Counted from the first letter of the stretch, positions 26,874-38,386 are shown. The stretch: 64,000 nt of DNA from Octopus vulgaris (GCA_951406725.2 OX597816.1:14694001-14758000); one strand, 5' to 3'. Notes: generated from the letters alone by a model not told the origin. Made by a program: numbers and translations.

Positions 26874-26984
26874 TTAATCGTCCTTCGTAATCTTCCTTTC
26901 ATCCGACAGTCGTTGCCATTGTCGACGATTTTCTTCACAGCCATCTTGAAGAGGTTTTAGTTTTGGGGATATTTTACTTATTGC
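26874..26984 (-). CDS. Pde11: PDE11-like phosphodiesterase, terminal coding exon (AISKISPKLKPLQDGCEENRRQWQRLSDERKITKDD*)
   Basis: Acceptor ttttttttcag, 111 nt, phase 0; matches PDE5/11 C-terminal PLxDGCxxNRxxW. Confidence 0.93.
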   Translation of the reverse strand, partial: AISKISPKLKPLQDGCEENRRQWQRLSDERKITKDD

Positions 26985-27174
26985 CTGAAAAAAAAAGAAA
27001 TATGAATAAATAAATACATTTAGCACTGGGGACAGTTTACAAATAATAGTAAGAGCAGGTGGCATATAATAAATACCCTGTAGACAATATAGTTAGTATG
27101 AGGAAGGGCATCCAGCCATAGAAACCCTGTTAAAGTAGGCCCCTCTCTCCTGACTCAACAAGTAAAAACCAATC

Positions 27175-27530
27175 ATGTCGTCACTGTGCCACCAACTGGC
27201 ACTCCACTGGTTAGAACAACGAGGGTTCTAGTTGATCCAATCAATGAAACAGCCTGCACATGAAATTAATATGCAACTGGCTGCATACTCCACAGACACA
27301 CGTACCCTTCACATTGTTCTCAGAGAGATTCATCATGACACAGAGTATGATAAGGCTGGCCTCATGAATTACAGGTAGAATTCATTTTTGCTAGGTGAGT
27401 GGACTGGAGCAATGTGAAATGAAGTGTCTTGTTCAAGGCCACCAGGAATAGAACTCACAACTACCAGGAATAGAGCTCATCATCTTATGACCATGAGCTA
27501 AATATCCTAACCAATAGGCCATTCACATTC
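27175..27530 (-). mobile_element. SINE family E (tail type 2), diverged
   Basis: Reverse-complement similarity to 15662-15987. Confidence 0.7.
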
Positions 27531-27578
27531 ACTGTGCCACTCTTACTATACTATGTCAAAGTTTTCACACAAGAAATA

Positions 27579-28585
27579 TAAACTTAAACTTAGACTTAGA
27601 TATGTTTCGACCAAAGATTGGTCCAGGCCATGTCTAACTTAATAGCACCACCTGATAGGATTATTCGAATCCTGTTTAAGTCAAGTTTTGTTCAAGTAGT
27701 GAGTTCTTGTTGGGTGAGTTGTATCCAATTATGGGTGGCTTATCTGGTATTCTTTGAAGGAATCTATCCAGACTCCGTTTAAAGTTGATGGGATCCTTTT
27801 CCTCTTTGATCTCCCTCGGGACAATATTAAATAGGGCAGGAAAAGAAATTATGTTGCAGTGTACATGTATGTTGTGATCTTGAATTGGGCAGGGGACGTA
27901 TGGCCCGTGGTCCCAGTCTTGGATGAACCTTGAAGCTAATGTTTAGGTCGTTTGGGCAAAGTTGGCGGTATATTTTCCACATCATACAAATGATGTACCG
28001 CTCATGGCGACGCTGGAGTGAGTAAAGTTTCAAGGCTTTAAGGCGATCCCAATAATCGAGAGCAGCCATGCCTTCAATTCGTTTAGTGAGTGCCCTCTGG
28101 GGTGACTTAATTCTGGAGATGTTTTGTCTTGTGTGAGGCGACCACAGTGGGCAGCAGTATTCAAGGTGTGGCCGTACAAAGGATGAAAAAAGTGGTATGA
28201 TGACACCTTGTTCTCTGGACCAGAAAGTTCTTAAGATCCAGGAACTCATCCTACGAGCTATATCGACCTTCTTGTTGATGTGTGCACTCCAACTGAGATC
28301 GTCATCAACAATTACACCCAGGTCTCTGATATTGTTAGGGGCTGTGAGCGGTTCCCCTGAAGGAAGAGAGTATGGTTGTTTTAGTGAGGAATTTCTTCCA
28401 AAATGCATCAGCTCAAATTTTCCCTCATTCAGTTGCATTTTGTTTCTGTCTGCCCATTGACTCACAGCATATAGATCAGACTGGAGTTGAGTTCGGTCTG
28501 CTTCTTCATTGACGATTTGCTGGAGCTTAGTGTCATCAGCAAATATTTTCACTTTGCAGTAATGTACGACACTGGAAAGATATAA
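27579..28585 (-). mobile_element. 5'-truncated CR1-like LINE (RT C-terminal half, 3' UTR, (CTAAGT)n tail)
   Basis: ORF KIFADDTKL...RDLGVIVD...VRPHLEYCCPLWSP...YSLQRRHERY, then frameshift to LFNIVPREIK...FKRSLDRFLQRIPDKP. Confidence 0.92.
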
Positions 28586-28593
28586 GTCTTTTG

Positions 28594-29298
28594 TTTACCC
28601 TTTCGATACTAACCCAGTTCAAACTGCCTCAGGCTCTGTAGGTCAGACTTTTTCATAAGTTTTGAATTAAAAAATCTTCCACCAAACCTTAGTCACAATT
28701 TATGTTCCTAACACTAGCTTAAATGATAAGGAAGTTGTTTTACTAAATTCTTTGTTATATTTAAAATTAATTTAAAGAAACAGAGTATCTCAACAGAAAT
28801 ATGGTAACAAAAGGTTAAAGCCATGATATTTTTAACCCTTTTGATACTAACCTCGCTGAAGCCGCCTCTGGCTCTGTAATACAAATGTCTTGTTTTCTTA
28901 AGTTCTGAATTAAAATCTTCCAGCAAACCTTAGTCACAATTTATGTTCCTAACATTAGCTTAATGGTAACTAAGTTATTTTACTAAATTCTTTGTTATAT
29001 TTAAAGTAATTGAAAGAAATACAGAGCATCTCAAAATAAATACGGTAATGAAAGGGTTAAAGTCACCATGATATTTTTAACCCTTTTGATACCAACCCAG
29101 CTGAAACCACCTCTGGCTCTGTAGTACAAATGTCTTGTTTTCATAAGTTCTGAATTAAAATCTTCCACCAAACCTTAGTCACTATTTATGTTCCTAAAAC
29201 TAGCTTAATGATAATTTTACCAAATTCTTTGATATATTTAAAATTAACGGAAGGAAACACAGAGCTTCTCAAAATAAATACAGTAACGAAAGGTTTAA
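28594..29298. mobile_element. Three tandem piggyBac-type (TTAA) MITEs, family F
   Basis: Units 28594-28818, 28832-29060, 29077-29298, bounded by ttaacccttt...aaagggttaa or close variants. Confidence 0.8.
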
Positions 29299-29348
29299 AG
29301 CTATTTCACTACAGCTAAAACTCATTCCAGCCAATCTCATTAATGATA

Positions 29349-29750
29349 CATCATCATCATCAGCATCCGTCTTCCATGCAGGCATGAGATGGACAGTTTG
29401 ACAGGATCCGGCCAGGCAGAAGACTACTCCAGGCTGCTGTGTCTGTTTTGGCAGGGTTTTTACAGCTGGATGCCCCTCCAAACATCAACATCCCAGCAGA
29501 TTGGACTGAGTGCTTTTTATGTGGCAACAGCACAAGTGAGGTCAGTTTTAGCAAGGTTTTTTACAGCTGGATGACCTTCCAAACACCAACCACTTTACAG
29601 TGTGGAGTGGATGCTTTTCATGTGGCACCAGCACTGGCTGGGTCACCAAGTAACTTGCAAGACTAGGAATTTTTAAAGAAGGGAGGGCACTGGAGGAGGG
29701 GGTCTTGTGTTAGATAATGAAAGGTTAGAGTGAAACAGAGAGACAGAGAG
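29349..29750 (-). mobile_element. RTE-related 3' end remnant
   Basis: (CAT)n, ttccatgcaggcatg and ttttacagctggatgccc motifs. Confidence 0.6.
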
Positions 29751-29762
29751 GCAGAAACTTAC

Positions 29763-29846
29763 ACGATATACTGGGAGACACACGGCATCAATAAAGCTCA
29801 CTTGCATAGAAGGAAGTTCATCTTGCTTATCTCGGTCCATCATGCT
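29763..29846 (-). CDS. Pde11: PDE11-like exon ([28 protein letters not shown])
   Basis: tttttttcag / gtaagt, 84 nt, phase 0-0; contains the invariant substrate-binding Gln and Phe (MQVSFID). Confidence 0.95.
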
Positions 29847-29900
29847 CTGAAAAAAACAAACAAAAACAAAACATGAAATATATTTCTCTCTTATTTGCTT

Positions 29901-30613
29901 TATTTACATTCAACGGATATTTGTCCTGATCTTGTTTGTTGTTAACACAACATTTCAACTAATGTACTCTCCAGCCTTCATCAGGTGCCTCGGAGAAATT
30001 TCGAACCTGGGTTCTCATTCCTAAGGTATTTTTTGATGTTATTACTCCCCCAAAATTTCAGGCCTTGTGCCTTTAGTGAAAAAGATTATTATTATCATTA
30101 TTATTATTCAGGTCACTGCCTGGTATCGATCTTGGAATATTGGGGTTAGTAGCCTGCACTCTTAACCACTATGCCATATGCCTACAGGCATATGGTGTAG
30201 TGGTTAAGCTGGAGGGTACATCAGCCGATGTGGTAACAACAAACAAATGTAAATAATATACATAATTCCTTGTCTATTAAATATCACCATGATCACCGTG
30301 ACCGACCAGGCCATCAGATGTTGTTACACATCGCTGGTCACAATGCGCTTCACATTGTTTTAACCTTCAAATGACGCCACACCGCTGGCTAAGCGAGCAG
30401 GCCAACAGAAGAAAGAGTGAGAGAAAGTTGTGGCGAAAGAGTACAGCAAGGTTCGCCACCACCCCCTGCCGGAGCCTCGTGAAGCTTTAGGTGTTTTCGC
30501 TCAATAAACACTCACAACGCCCGGTCTGGGAATCGAAACCGCGATCCTATGACCGCGAGTCCGCTGCCCTAACCACTAGGCCATTGCGCCTCCACCTATT
30601 AAATATAGAACTG
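29901..30613. mobile_element. Second copy of the palindromic tRNA-hammerhead element (right arm deleted and SINE-interrupted)
   Basis: Centre ccatatgcct-ac-aggcatatgg at 30184/5; minus-strand CTGATGAAGGCTG motif at 29944-29989; ends aaatatagaactg. Confidence 0.75.
30284..30595 (-). mobile_element. SINE family D (tail type 1), full length
   Basis: TSD ctattaaata at 30274-30283 and 30596-30605. Confidence 0.85.
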
Positions 30614-30719
30614 TAATATCTCTCTCTTAACATGTGAAGCAAAAATTAGTGGAAAGCTAATGATTCACTGGCATAATTAACTGCATCCAAGGAGAAGGAG
30701 GAGAAGAAGCCAATCATGG

Positions 30720-31250
30720 TCTTATTTGAATTATCATGCTTCCTGAGATTCGCCAACACTACACCTGATTTTCTCCTCTCCATACACACGCAAGCATGTA
30801 TCTAACTCATACACTGTTCGCTTGGTGCCCTGGGACAGGTAATGATGTATAAAGGAGATAAATAACTCTGAGCACCTTTTCAAACTCCACCTGTCTAACA
30901 CCTGTGGATATGTTTACAAAGTCAGAAAACAGCACAGCTCCAATGACTTTCGGAAACATTTTTTTCACGCTAAGAGTTGCTGAAGCATGGAACAAACTGC
31001 CGGCATCAGTTGTTAGTTGTCAGAGCACTGCATCTCTTATTTGAATTATCATGCTTCCTGAGATTCGCCAACACTACACCTGATTTTCTCCCCTCCATAC
31101 ACACACAAGCATGTATCTGACTCATACACTGTTCACTTCCCAGACATTTGTACATTACTGCATATGCTTTATACGCACTTTCTGACAAGTTGTGGTGCAC
31201 CTGAGCACTGTATACAATAATTTCATTATTATTATTATTATTATTATTAT
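30720..31250 (+). mobile_element. CR1-like LINE 3' end with a 104-bp internal direct repeat
   Basis: HLFKLHLSNTCGYVYKVRKQHSSNDFRK...TLRVAEAWNKLPASVV and (ATT)n tail; repeat 30720-30823 / 31035-31138. Confidence 0.75.
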
Positions 31251-31579
31251 TTTATATCCAAAAAGACTGAATATTCAGTGTATGCTAATTACGATAAATA
31301 GGTCAAACTTAAAAGTACTGACAAAACAAAGAAAAACAACAAGAAGAAGAAGAAGAACAACAACAACAACAACCACCAGCTTCATTATCACCCTCAGTAC
31401 CATCATCTTCATTTGTTGAGCAGGTTGTGACCTTAGATTATGACCTTTTGAGTTTCTGAGCCTTTTTATAGTGGTTCCTAATTATCCCACCTGGAAGAGG
31501 TTACCTCATCATAATACATTCTACTGAAGTCTCAAGGCCTTGAAATTTTGCAGGAGTGGTGGTGGTAGTGGGAGGAGGA

Positions 31580-31688
31580 GGATAAGAAGAAGAAGAAAAG
31601 GAAGGAGAAGAAGAAAAGGAAGGAGAAGAAGAAGAAGAAGAAGAAGAAGAAGAAGAAGAAGAAGAAGAAGAAGAAGAAGAAGAAGAAA
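31580..31688. repeat. (GAA)n microsatellite next to an exon donor
   Basis: Seen directly. Confidence 0.95.
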
Positions 31689-31706
31689 TGATAGAGTCAA
31701 ACTTAC

Positions 31707-31781
31707 TATTGGTGTTATATTCCATTGCTGCCTTTCTATATCACCTTGCTCAAAGAATTCACTGGCAACAAGTTTAGCAAT
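31707..31781 (-). CDS. Pde11: PDE11-like exon (IAKLVASEFFEQGDIERQQWNITPI)
   Basis: ttgtttttag / gtaagt, 75 nt, phase 0-0; EFFEQGD motif. Confidence 0.95.
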
Positions 31782-31964
31782 CTAAAAACAAAATAATTAT
31801 AATGATAATAACAACAACAACAACAACAACAGCAACAACAACAACAATTATCGGGACTATCTTTTGTCTTTCTTTTATCTTTTACTTGTTTCTGAATTAG
31901 AATATGGCCATGCTGGGGCACCACCATGAGGAAGGAATTTTGGGCAAAAAAAAAAAAAAAAATC

Positions 31965-32235
31965 TCTCTTTTACTTGTTTCAGTCATTTGACTGTGGGCC
32001 ATGCTGGAGCACCGCCTTTAGTCGAGCAAATCAACCCCAAGACTTATTCTTTGGAAGCCTAGTACTTATTCTATTGGTCTCTTTTACCAATCTGCTAAGT
32101 TACGGGGACATAAACACACCAGCATCGGTTGCCAAGCGATGTTGGGGGGACAAACACAGACTATACACACATATACATATATCATCATATCATCATCATC
32201 ATTTAGCGTCCGCTTTCCATGCTAGCATGGGTTAT

Positions 32236-32290
<55 letters not shown>

Positions 32291-32449
32291 TATATACGAC
32301 AGTTTTCTTTCAGTTTCTGTCTACCAAATCCACCCACAAGGCTTTGGTCGGCCTGAGGCTATAATAGAAGACATTTGCCAAAGGTGCCATGCAGTGGGAC
32401 TGAACCCGGAACCATGTGGTTGGTAAGCAAGCTACTTACCACACAGCCA
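31965..32449 (-). mobile_element. SINE family A with an RTE 3' tip in its central microsatellite
   Basis: Family A body; catcatcatttagcgtccgctttccatgctagcatggg at ~32190-32232. Confidence 0.8.
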
Positions 32450-32709
32450 GTACCTTCTTTGAAACCTGGTATTTCTTCTCTTTTGCTAAACTAATAAGTT
32501 ACAGGGATGTAAACACATGAACACTGGCTATCAAGTAGTGGAGGTGGGCAAACACAAAACACACACACATACACGTGTATATGTGATGGGCTTCTTTAAG
32601 TTTCCATCCATCAAATTTACTTGTAAGGTTTTTAGTAGGACCAAAGCTATAGGAGAAGACACTTGCCCAAGGTGGCATGCAGTGGGACTGAACCCAGAAC
32701 CACTGAGCG

Positions 32710-33200
32710 GCAAGAAAAAGAAGAATTATGGAAGAGTGAGAGGGGGGGAGATAGCGAGAAAGAGAGAATATGAAGAGAGAAAGGAAAGAAAGAAAAAGAA
32801 TTAAGAAAAAGAGAGAAAGAAAAACAGAGGGAGACAGAGAGAGAGAATGTGAAGAGAAAGAAAAAGAATTGAGGAAGAGAGAGAGAAAGAAAGGGAGAGA
32901 GAGAATGTGAAGAGAAAGAAAAAGAATTGAGGAAGAGAGAGAGAAAGAAAGGGAGGGAGAGAGAATGTGAAAAGAGAAAGGAAAGAAAGAAAAAGAATTA
33001 AGAAAAAGAGAGGAAGAAAGAAAAACAGAGGGAGAGAGAGAGAGAATGTGAAGAGAAAGAAAAAGAAGAGAGGTGAGTGAGAAAGAGAATGTGAAGAGAG
33101 AAAGGAAAGAAAGAAATAGAAGAAAAAGAGAGAAAGAAAGGCAAACAAAGGGAGAGAGAGAGAATGTGAAGAGAAAGAAAAAGAAAAGAAAAAAGAAAGA
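32710..33200. repeat. Purine-rich (GA) minisatellite, ~56-bp degenerate unit
   Basis: Recurrent gagagaatgtgaagagaaagaaaaagaatt. Confidence 0.85.
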
Positions 33201-33839
33201 CTTGATAATATAGAACGTAAATATATACAACCCCTAAAAAAAAATAATAATGGATATGCGGTATGGCCACGGTAGGAACATTGACGATCTTAAAGTTATT
33301 CTCTCAGAGCAGAGCTTTCGCTAAAACAAACATATTTTAACGCAAACATAACTGCTTTAAAATGTAAATATTTAAAGTATTTTACATAAAACGTTTGCTT
33401 CTTCGTATTCTTCTACCCCCTTTTTTTTTTTTTTTAAATAATTCTAAGTACCATATCGCCGGCTTATGATGTAGGGCCCATGTAGGTTAATATAAAAAGG
33501 CATCATAATAGAAATAGGGTTGTTCAGACAACTTGATTTAGCAGGAAAAATTAGATTCAGAAATCATAGTTAAATAAGGCAGAGTTCTCTCCCTTGGTCA
33601 GGTAAAATTTCAAGTGGCAATTTATATATTTATTTATTTACGATGTTGCTACCGTTCTTTGAATGGCTCCAGTCGGCCTTGTTTGTGGAGAAGGTCATTA
33701 GCAAAGACTTGAGAGGGTCTCACAGCACCAGCATATCGTTGTTGTTGTTGCTGTTATTATAACGTCAACCCCGGTTAGCACTTAAATGGGGTGTGACCAC
33801 TTGGGAAACCAAGGTAGGCGTAGCTAATCAAAACCTTTC

Positions 33840-34335
33840 GCTGACAGAATTGTTAGCACGCCGGGCGAAATACTGAGCGGTACTTCGTCTGCCGTTACGT
33901 TCTGAGTTCAATTTCCGCCGAGGTCGACTTTGCCTTTCATCCTTTCGGGGTCGATAAATTAAGTACCAGTTACGCACTGGGGTTGATGTAATCGACTTAA
34001 TACCTATGTCTGTCCTTGTTTGTCCCCTCTGTGTTTAGCCCCTTGTGGGTAGTAAAGAAATAGGTACTTCGTCTGCCGTTACGTTCTGAGTTCAATTTCC
34101 GCCGAGGTCGACTTTGCTTGTCATCCTCTCGGGGTCGATAAATTAAGTATCAGTAACGCACTGGTGTCGATATAATCGACTTAATCTGTTTGTTCTCTCT
34201 GTGTTTAGCCCCTTGTGGGTAGTAAAGAAATAGGTATTTCGTCTGCCGTAACGTTCTGAGTTCAAACTCTGCCGAGGTCGACTTTGCCTTTCATCCTTTC
34301 GGGGTCGATAAATTAAGTACCAGTTACGCATGGGG
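33840..34335 (+). mobile_element. SINE family B head-to-tail trimer
   Basis: Units restart at 33879, 34063 and 34233 (ggtaYttcgtctgccg). Confidence 0.85.
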
Positions 34336-34337
34336 TC

Positions 34338-34731
34338 TTACTTGTTTCAGTCATTTGACTGTGGCCATGCTGGAGCACCGCCTTTAGTCGAGTAAATCGA
34401 CCCCAGGACTTATTCTTTGTAAGCCTAGTATTTATTCTATCGGTCTCTTTTGCCGAACCGTTAAGTTACGGGGACATAAACACACCAGCATCGGCTGTCA
34501 AGTGATGTTGGGGAGACACAGACACATAAACATATATACAACATATATATTTATATATATATATATATGTACATATATACGACGGGCTTCTTTCAGTTTC
34601 CGTCTACCAAATCCACTCACAACGCTTTGGTCGGCCTGAGGTAATAGTAGAAGACACTTGCCCAAGGTGCCACGCAGTGGGATTGAACCCGGAACTATGT
34701 GGTTGGTAAGCAAGCTACTTACCACACAGCC
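34338..34731 (-). mobile_element. SINE family A
   Basis: Close match to other family A copies. Confidence 0.85.
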
Positions 34732-35401
34732 AGGGAAATTCAGTGTGATACAGAATGTGACAAGGCTGGCCCTTTTCTGGATTACAGGTACAGCTCCTTT
34801 TTTGGTAGCTGATGGACTGGAGCAATATGAAAATAAAGTGTCTTGCTGAAGGACACAACACACCACCAGGAATCGAACCCACGACCTCCTGATCATGAAG
34901 CAAATACTCTAACAACTACGCCATGTGCCTTGGATAAATTAATGATGAGAAATATAAACACAATTTCAGACAAATATTTCGGTTGAGTTGCTCCAAATAA
35001 CGATTAAGAAATTCTTCGCAAAAATATTTAACGAACCAATCATCCATATTATTTAAATTAAGCTGGAAAATTGCCCATCACAATTAAAAACATATATGTT
35101 TTCTTTCTAATTTTACACTCATTTCTCAAAGCCAACCAGACACCCTCTCCGTGGTTTCTTAGCCAGCTGGAAATAACAGCCAAATTGTCATCAAATTATA
35201 CCTTATTATCTTGGAAACAATGGACGCATTAAATAATGTGGTTTTATCTATTTGGAAAGATGGGATGGTCACAGCTGGAACATACAATGTTGATACATTG
35301 TACAACATATCTTTTATTTCAGATGATAGGATATGTATGATTTTCAGGTGACTAGGCTGCTATTTCATGCAGGTGTCAAGAGAACTTATATATATATATA
35401 T

Positions 35402-36017
35402 ATACTTTTATTCTTTTCCTTGTTTCAGTCATTTGACTGCAGCCATGCTGGAGCACCACCTTAAAAGGTTTTAGTCAAAGAAATTGACCCCAGAATTTGT
35501 AAGCCAAGTATTTATTCTATTGATCTTTTCTGCCGTACCACTAAGTTTCAGGGATATAAACACACCAGCATCACTTGTCGAGCGATGGCGAGGAGACAAA
35601 CATACATACACACATATATGTGATGGGCTCCTTTCAGTTTCTGTCTACCAAATCCACTCACAAGGCTTTGGTCGACCCAAGGCTATAGTAGAAGACTCTT
35701 GCCCAGGGCTATAGTAGAAGACACTTGCATTACTGAACCCGGAACCAGGTAGTTGGGAGGCAAGATTCTTATTTCTTTATTGCCCACAAGGGGCCAAACA
35801 CAGAAGGGACAAACAAGGACAGACAAAGGGATCGACCCCAGTGCATAACTGGTACTCAATTCATCGACCCCCAAAAGGATGAAAGGCAAAGTTACCTCAG
35901 TGGAATTTGAACTCAGAACGTAGCGACAGATGAAATTACCTCTAAGCATTTCGCCCGGCGTGCTAACATTTCTGCCACCTTGGGAGGCAACAGTCTTACC
36001 ACACAGCCACACCTCCA
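35402..36017 (-). mobile_element. SINE family A with nested SINE B (35765-35979)
   Basis: TSD ttgggaggcaa at 35753-35763 and 35980-35990. Confidence 0.8.
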
Positions 36018-36122
36018 AATATGATATCATAATTCCCATGGACAGCTTACCAATTTGTCTTTTATTTTACTTATTCTCTACCATTTCATAACAGAACTGA
36101 TTTTACGAACCTTCACTTGTTA

Positions 36123-36546
36123 CCGTAAATCCTCAAGTATAGTCCGCCCTTGAGTATAATACGCAGGGGATTTTTAGGGGGTTGTACCTCTGAAAAACCT
36201 AAAATTGTGTATAATACGCAGCCCTTCTCTAACTTGAGTCGTGCATAATTAAGCCAGCAGCACCTAGTTGAACAAACACTTCCGCGCATGCGTAATACAA
36301 TAATGGTGATGTTCTTAACTGTTATATGGGAATGTAAATATGTTTGCAAATTGTTTTTGTTACATGTTATTCTGTGTTCTGAATACACAGAATAAACATC
36401 TGAATAAACATTGCCGGGCAGCAAATAGAGACTCTGACATTGCTTAGAAAATATTTTTCATTTTTAACCTCGTATACAGTATGCACTAGGGATTTTGACC
36501 TTTAAATTTTGGGGAAAAAATGCGGATTATACTCGAAGATTTACGG
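36123..36546. mobile_element. Tc1/mariner superfamily (Tc2/pogo-like) MITE
   Basis: TIR ccgtaaatcctcaagtatagtccgc / gcggattatactcgaagatttacgg, flanked by TA on both sides. Confidence 0.85.
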
Positions 36547-36848
36547 TAAGTTTAGGAATGATTTACACCAGGGGTGGGGAAACGTTTTAGTGTGGTGGGC
36601 AAAAATTTACAAAGAAAAAGTCTACGGGTGGATCACAAGTTCTAACTCTTATATCTTCGTAGATCTTGTATATATCTATGTATAATTTGAGATACATTAA
36701 TAAATATAAGTCTAAGACAATGCAGAATCAGCAACACCAAATTTTGGTGGCACCAAAACAATTCAAACTCTTCTACACTGTTTTTCAAAAAAACCAGATT
36801 ACCGATCTTTGTGATTGCATTATTAATCTGTTGAAAGGAAAAATTCAC

Positions 36849-36912
36849 CTCTTGTTGTATTTCCCACGGTTTTGTTATTGCTGAGACATCACAGGCAGTC
36901 ATCATCATAGCT
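36849..36912 (-). CDS. Pde11: PDE11-like exon (AMMMTACDVSAITKPWEIQQE)
   Basis: ttcttttccag / gtgaat, 64 nt, phase 2-0; metal-ligand Asp in TACD and KPW motif. Confidence 0.95.
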
Positions 36913-36963
36913 CTGGAAAAGAAAAATAAGCAAAATTAATAATAATAATAATATTATTTATAT

Positions 36964-37140
36964 TATTCACATTGGATGGATATGTGTCCTCATCTTGTTT
37001 GTTGTTACCCACAACATTTCAGCTGATTTACTCTCCAGCCTTTATCAGGTGTCCCGGTAGAATTTTGAACCCAGCCCTGGGTTCTCATTCCTAAGGTATT
37101 TTTTTGCTGATGCTATTATTATTATTATTATTATTTATTC
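36964..37140 (-). mobile_element. Third, single-arm copy of the tRNA-hammerhead element
   Basis: Starts at the same terminus (tattcacatt); minus GACAC CTGATAA AGGCTG...CAGCT GAAAT GTT. Confidence 0.7.
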
Positions 37141-37269
37141 AAGATGAAAGGCAAAGTTGATGTCGGTGGAATTTGAACTCAGAATGTAGTGACAGGTGAA
37201 ATACCGCTTTTGTCCAGCATACTAATGATTCTGCCAGTTTGCCACCTAGTATTATTATTATCATTATTA

Positions 37270-37588
37270 AGGGGGTAAAGATCCCCTTCGGTCATGAGTG
37301 ACCATAGGTTTGCACCTAGAGAGTTACCCTCTGAGGCACAAGTCTGGGTAAGGTTGTTTTATGGAAGACCAGCAGTCACCCATGCATACCGGCCTCCCCT
37401 CTCCACGCCACCGATGTTGTCCAAGGAAAGGCAAGGGCCGATACAGCTTGGCACCTGTGACGTCGCAACTCATTTCTACAGCTGAGTGAACTGGAGCAAC
37501 GTGAAATAAAGTGTCTTGCTCAAGAACACAACACGCAGCCCGGTCCGGGATTCAAGCTCACAACCTCACGATCGTAAGCTCGACGCTC
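37270..37588 (-). mobile_element. SINE family E (tail type 3)
   Basis: Family E head and core with an unrelated 3' half. Confidence 0.75.
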
Positions 37589-37984
37589 AATAATAATAAT
37601 AATGGTAATGATAATAAGAATAACAATAACAACAATAATCAGAATTTTCAAATTTTGATACAAAACCAGCAGTTCCAAAGGGAGTAGGTTAGTCAATTAC
37701 ACTGTCCTCAGTACATGACTGGTATTTTATTTTATAGACACTGGAATAATGAAAGGCAAAGTTGGCCTTGGCAGGATTTGAATTCAGATTGTAAAGATCC
37801 AGAAAGGATGCTGCAGCAGATGGAACGTCAGTTAGTATTGAGATCAATTGAACGAACTTTGTTTTTTTTTTTAAAATCTTTCAATAAAATTCTATGGAAA
37901 TGATAACATAATTCTTTGAAACAGATTCAATTAAAAGAAAAAAAAAGAAACAAAAGCAAGTAAAAAATCAAACTGACATCAGCA

Positions 37985-38053
37985 GTTGCTATAGTAACAA
38001 GGAAAGGAAGGGCATGACATTCAGACTGATATAAGTTCTGTTGTCATGGTGAC
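37985..38053. promoter_or_regulatory. Pair of RFX X-box-like motifs in an intron
   Basis: GTTGCTATAGTAAC (37985-37998) and GTTGTCATGGTGAC (38040-38053). Confidence 0.4.
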
Positions 38054-38386
38054 AGGCAGAAATTTATCTATTTTTTAAGACTTCTTACTAAAACTGAAAT
38101 TAGGGCAGAGATTTTTCATTGACATGCCACCTGCAACATATCTAGTTTATCATGATGTAAGCACAGACATGGCAGTGTTGTTAAGAAGCCTGCTTCCCAA
38201 CCACGTGGTTTCAGGTTCAGTCCCACTGCATGGCAACTTGGGCAAATGTCTTCTACTATAGCCCCAGGCCGACCAAAATCCATGTGAGTAGATTTGTTAG
38301 ACAGAAACTGAGGGAAGCCTATTTTATATATACTTTGATTCTTATTTTTTTTATTTGGTTTGCAAGATTCTTAACATGAATTTGTG

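Noticed and set aside
27827-28552. Host gene reading of the 241-aa ORF
   Set aside because: Truncated, frameshifted CR1-like reverse transcriptase.
32499-33230. 243-aa Phe/Leu/Ser ORF
   Set aside because: Translation of the GA-rich minisatellite.
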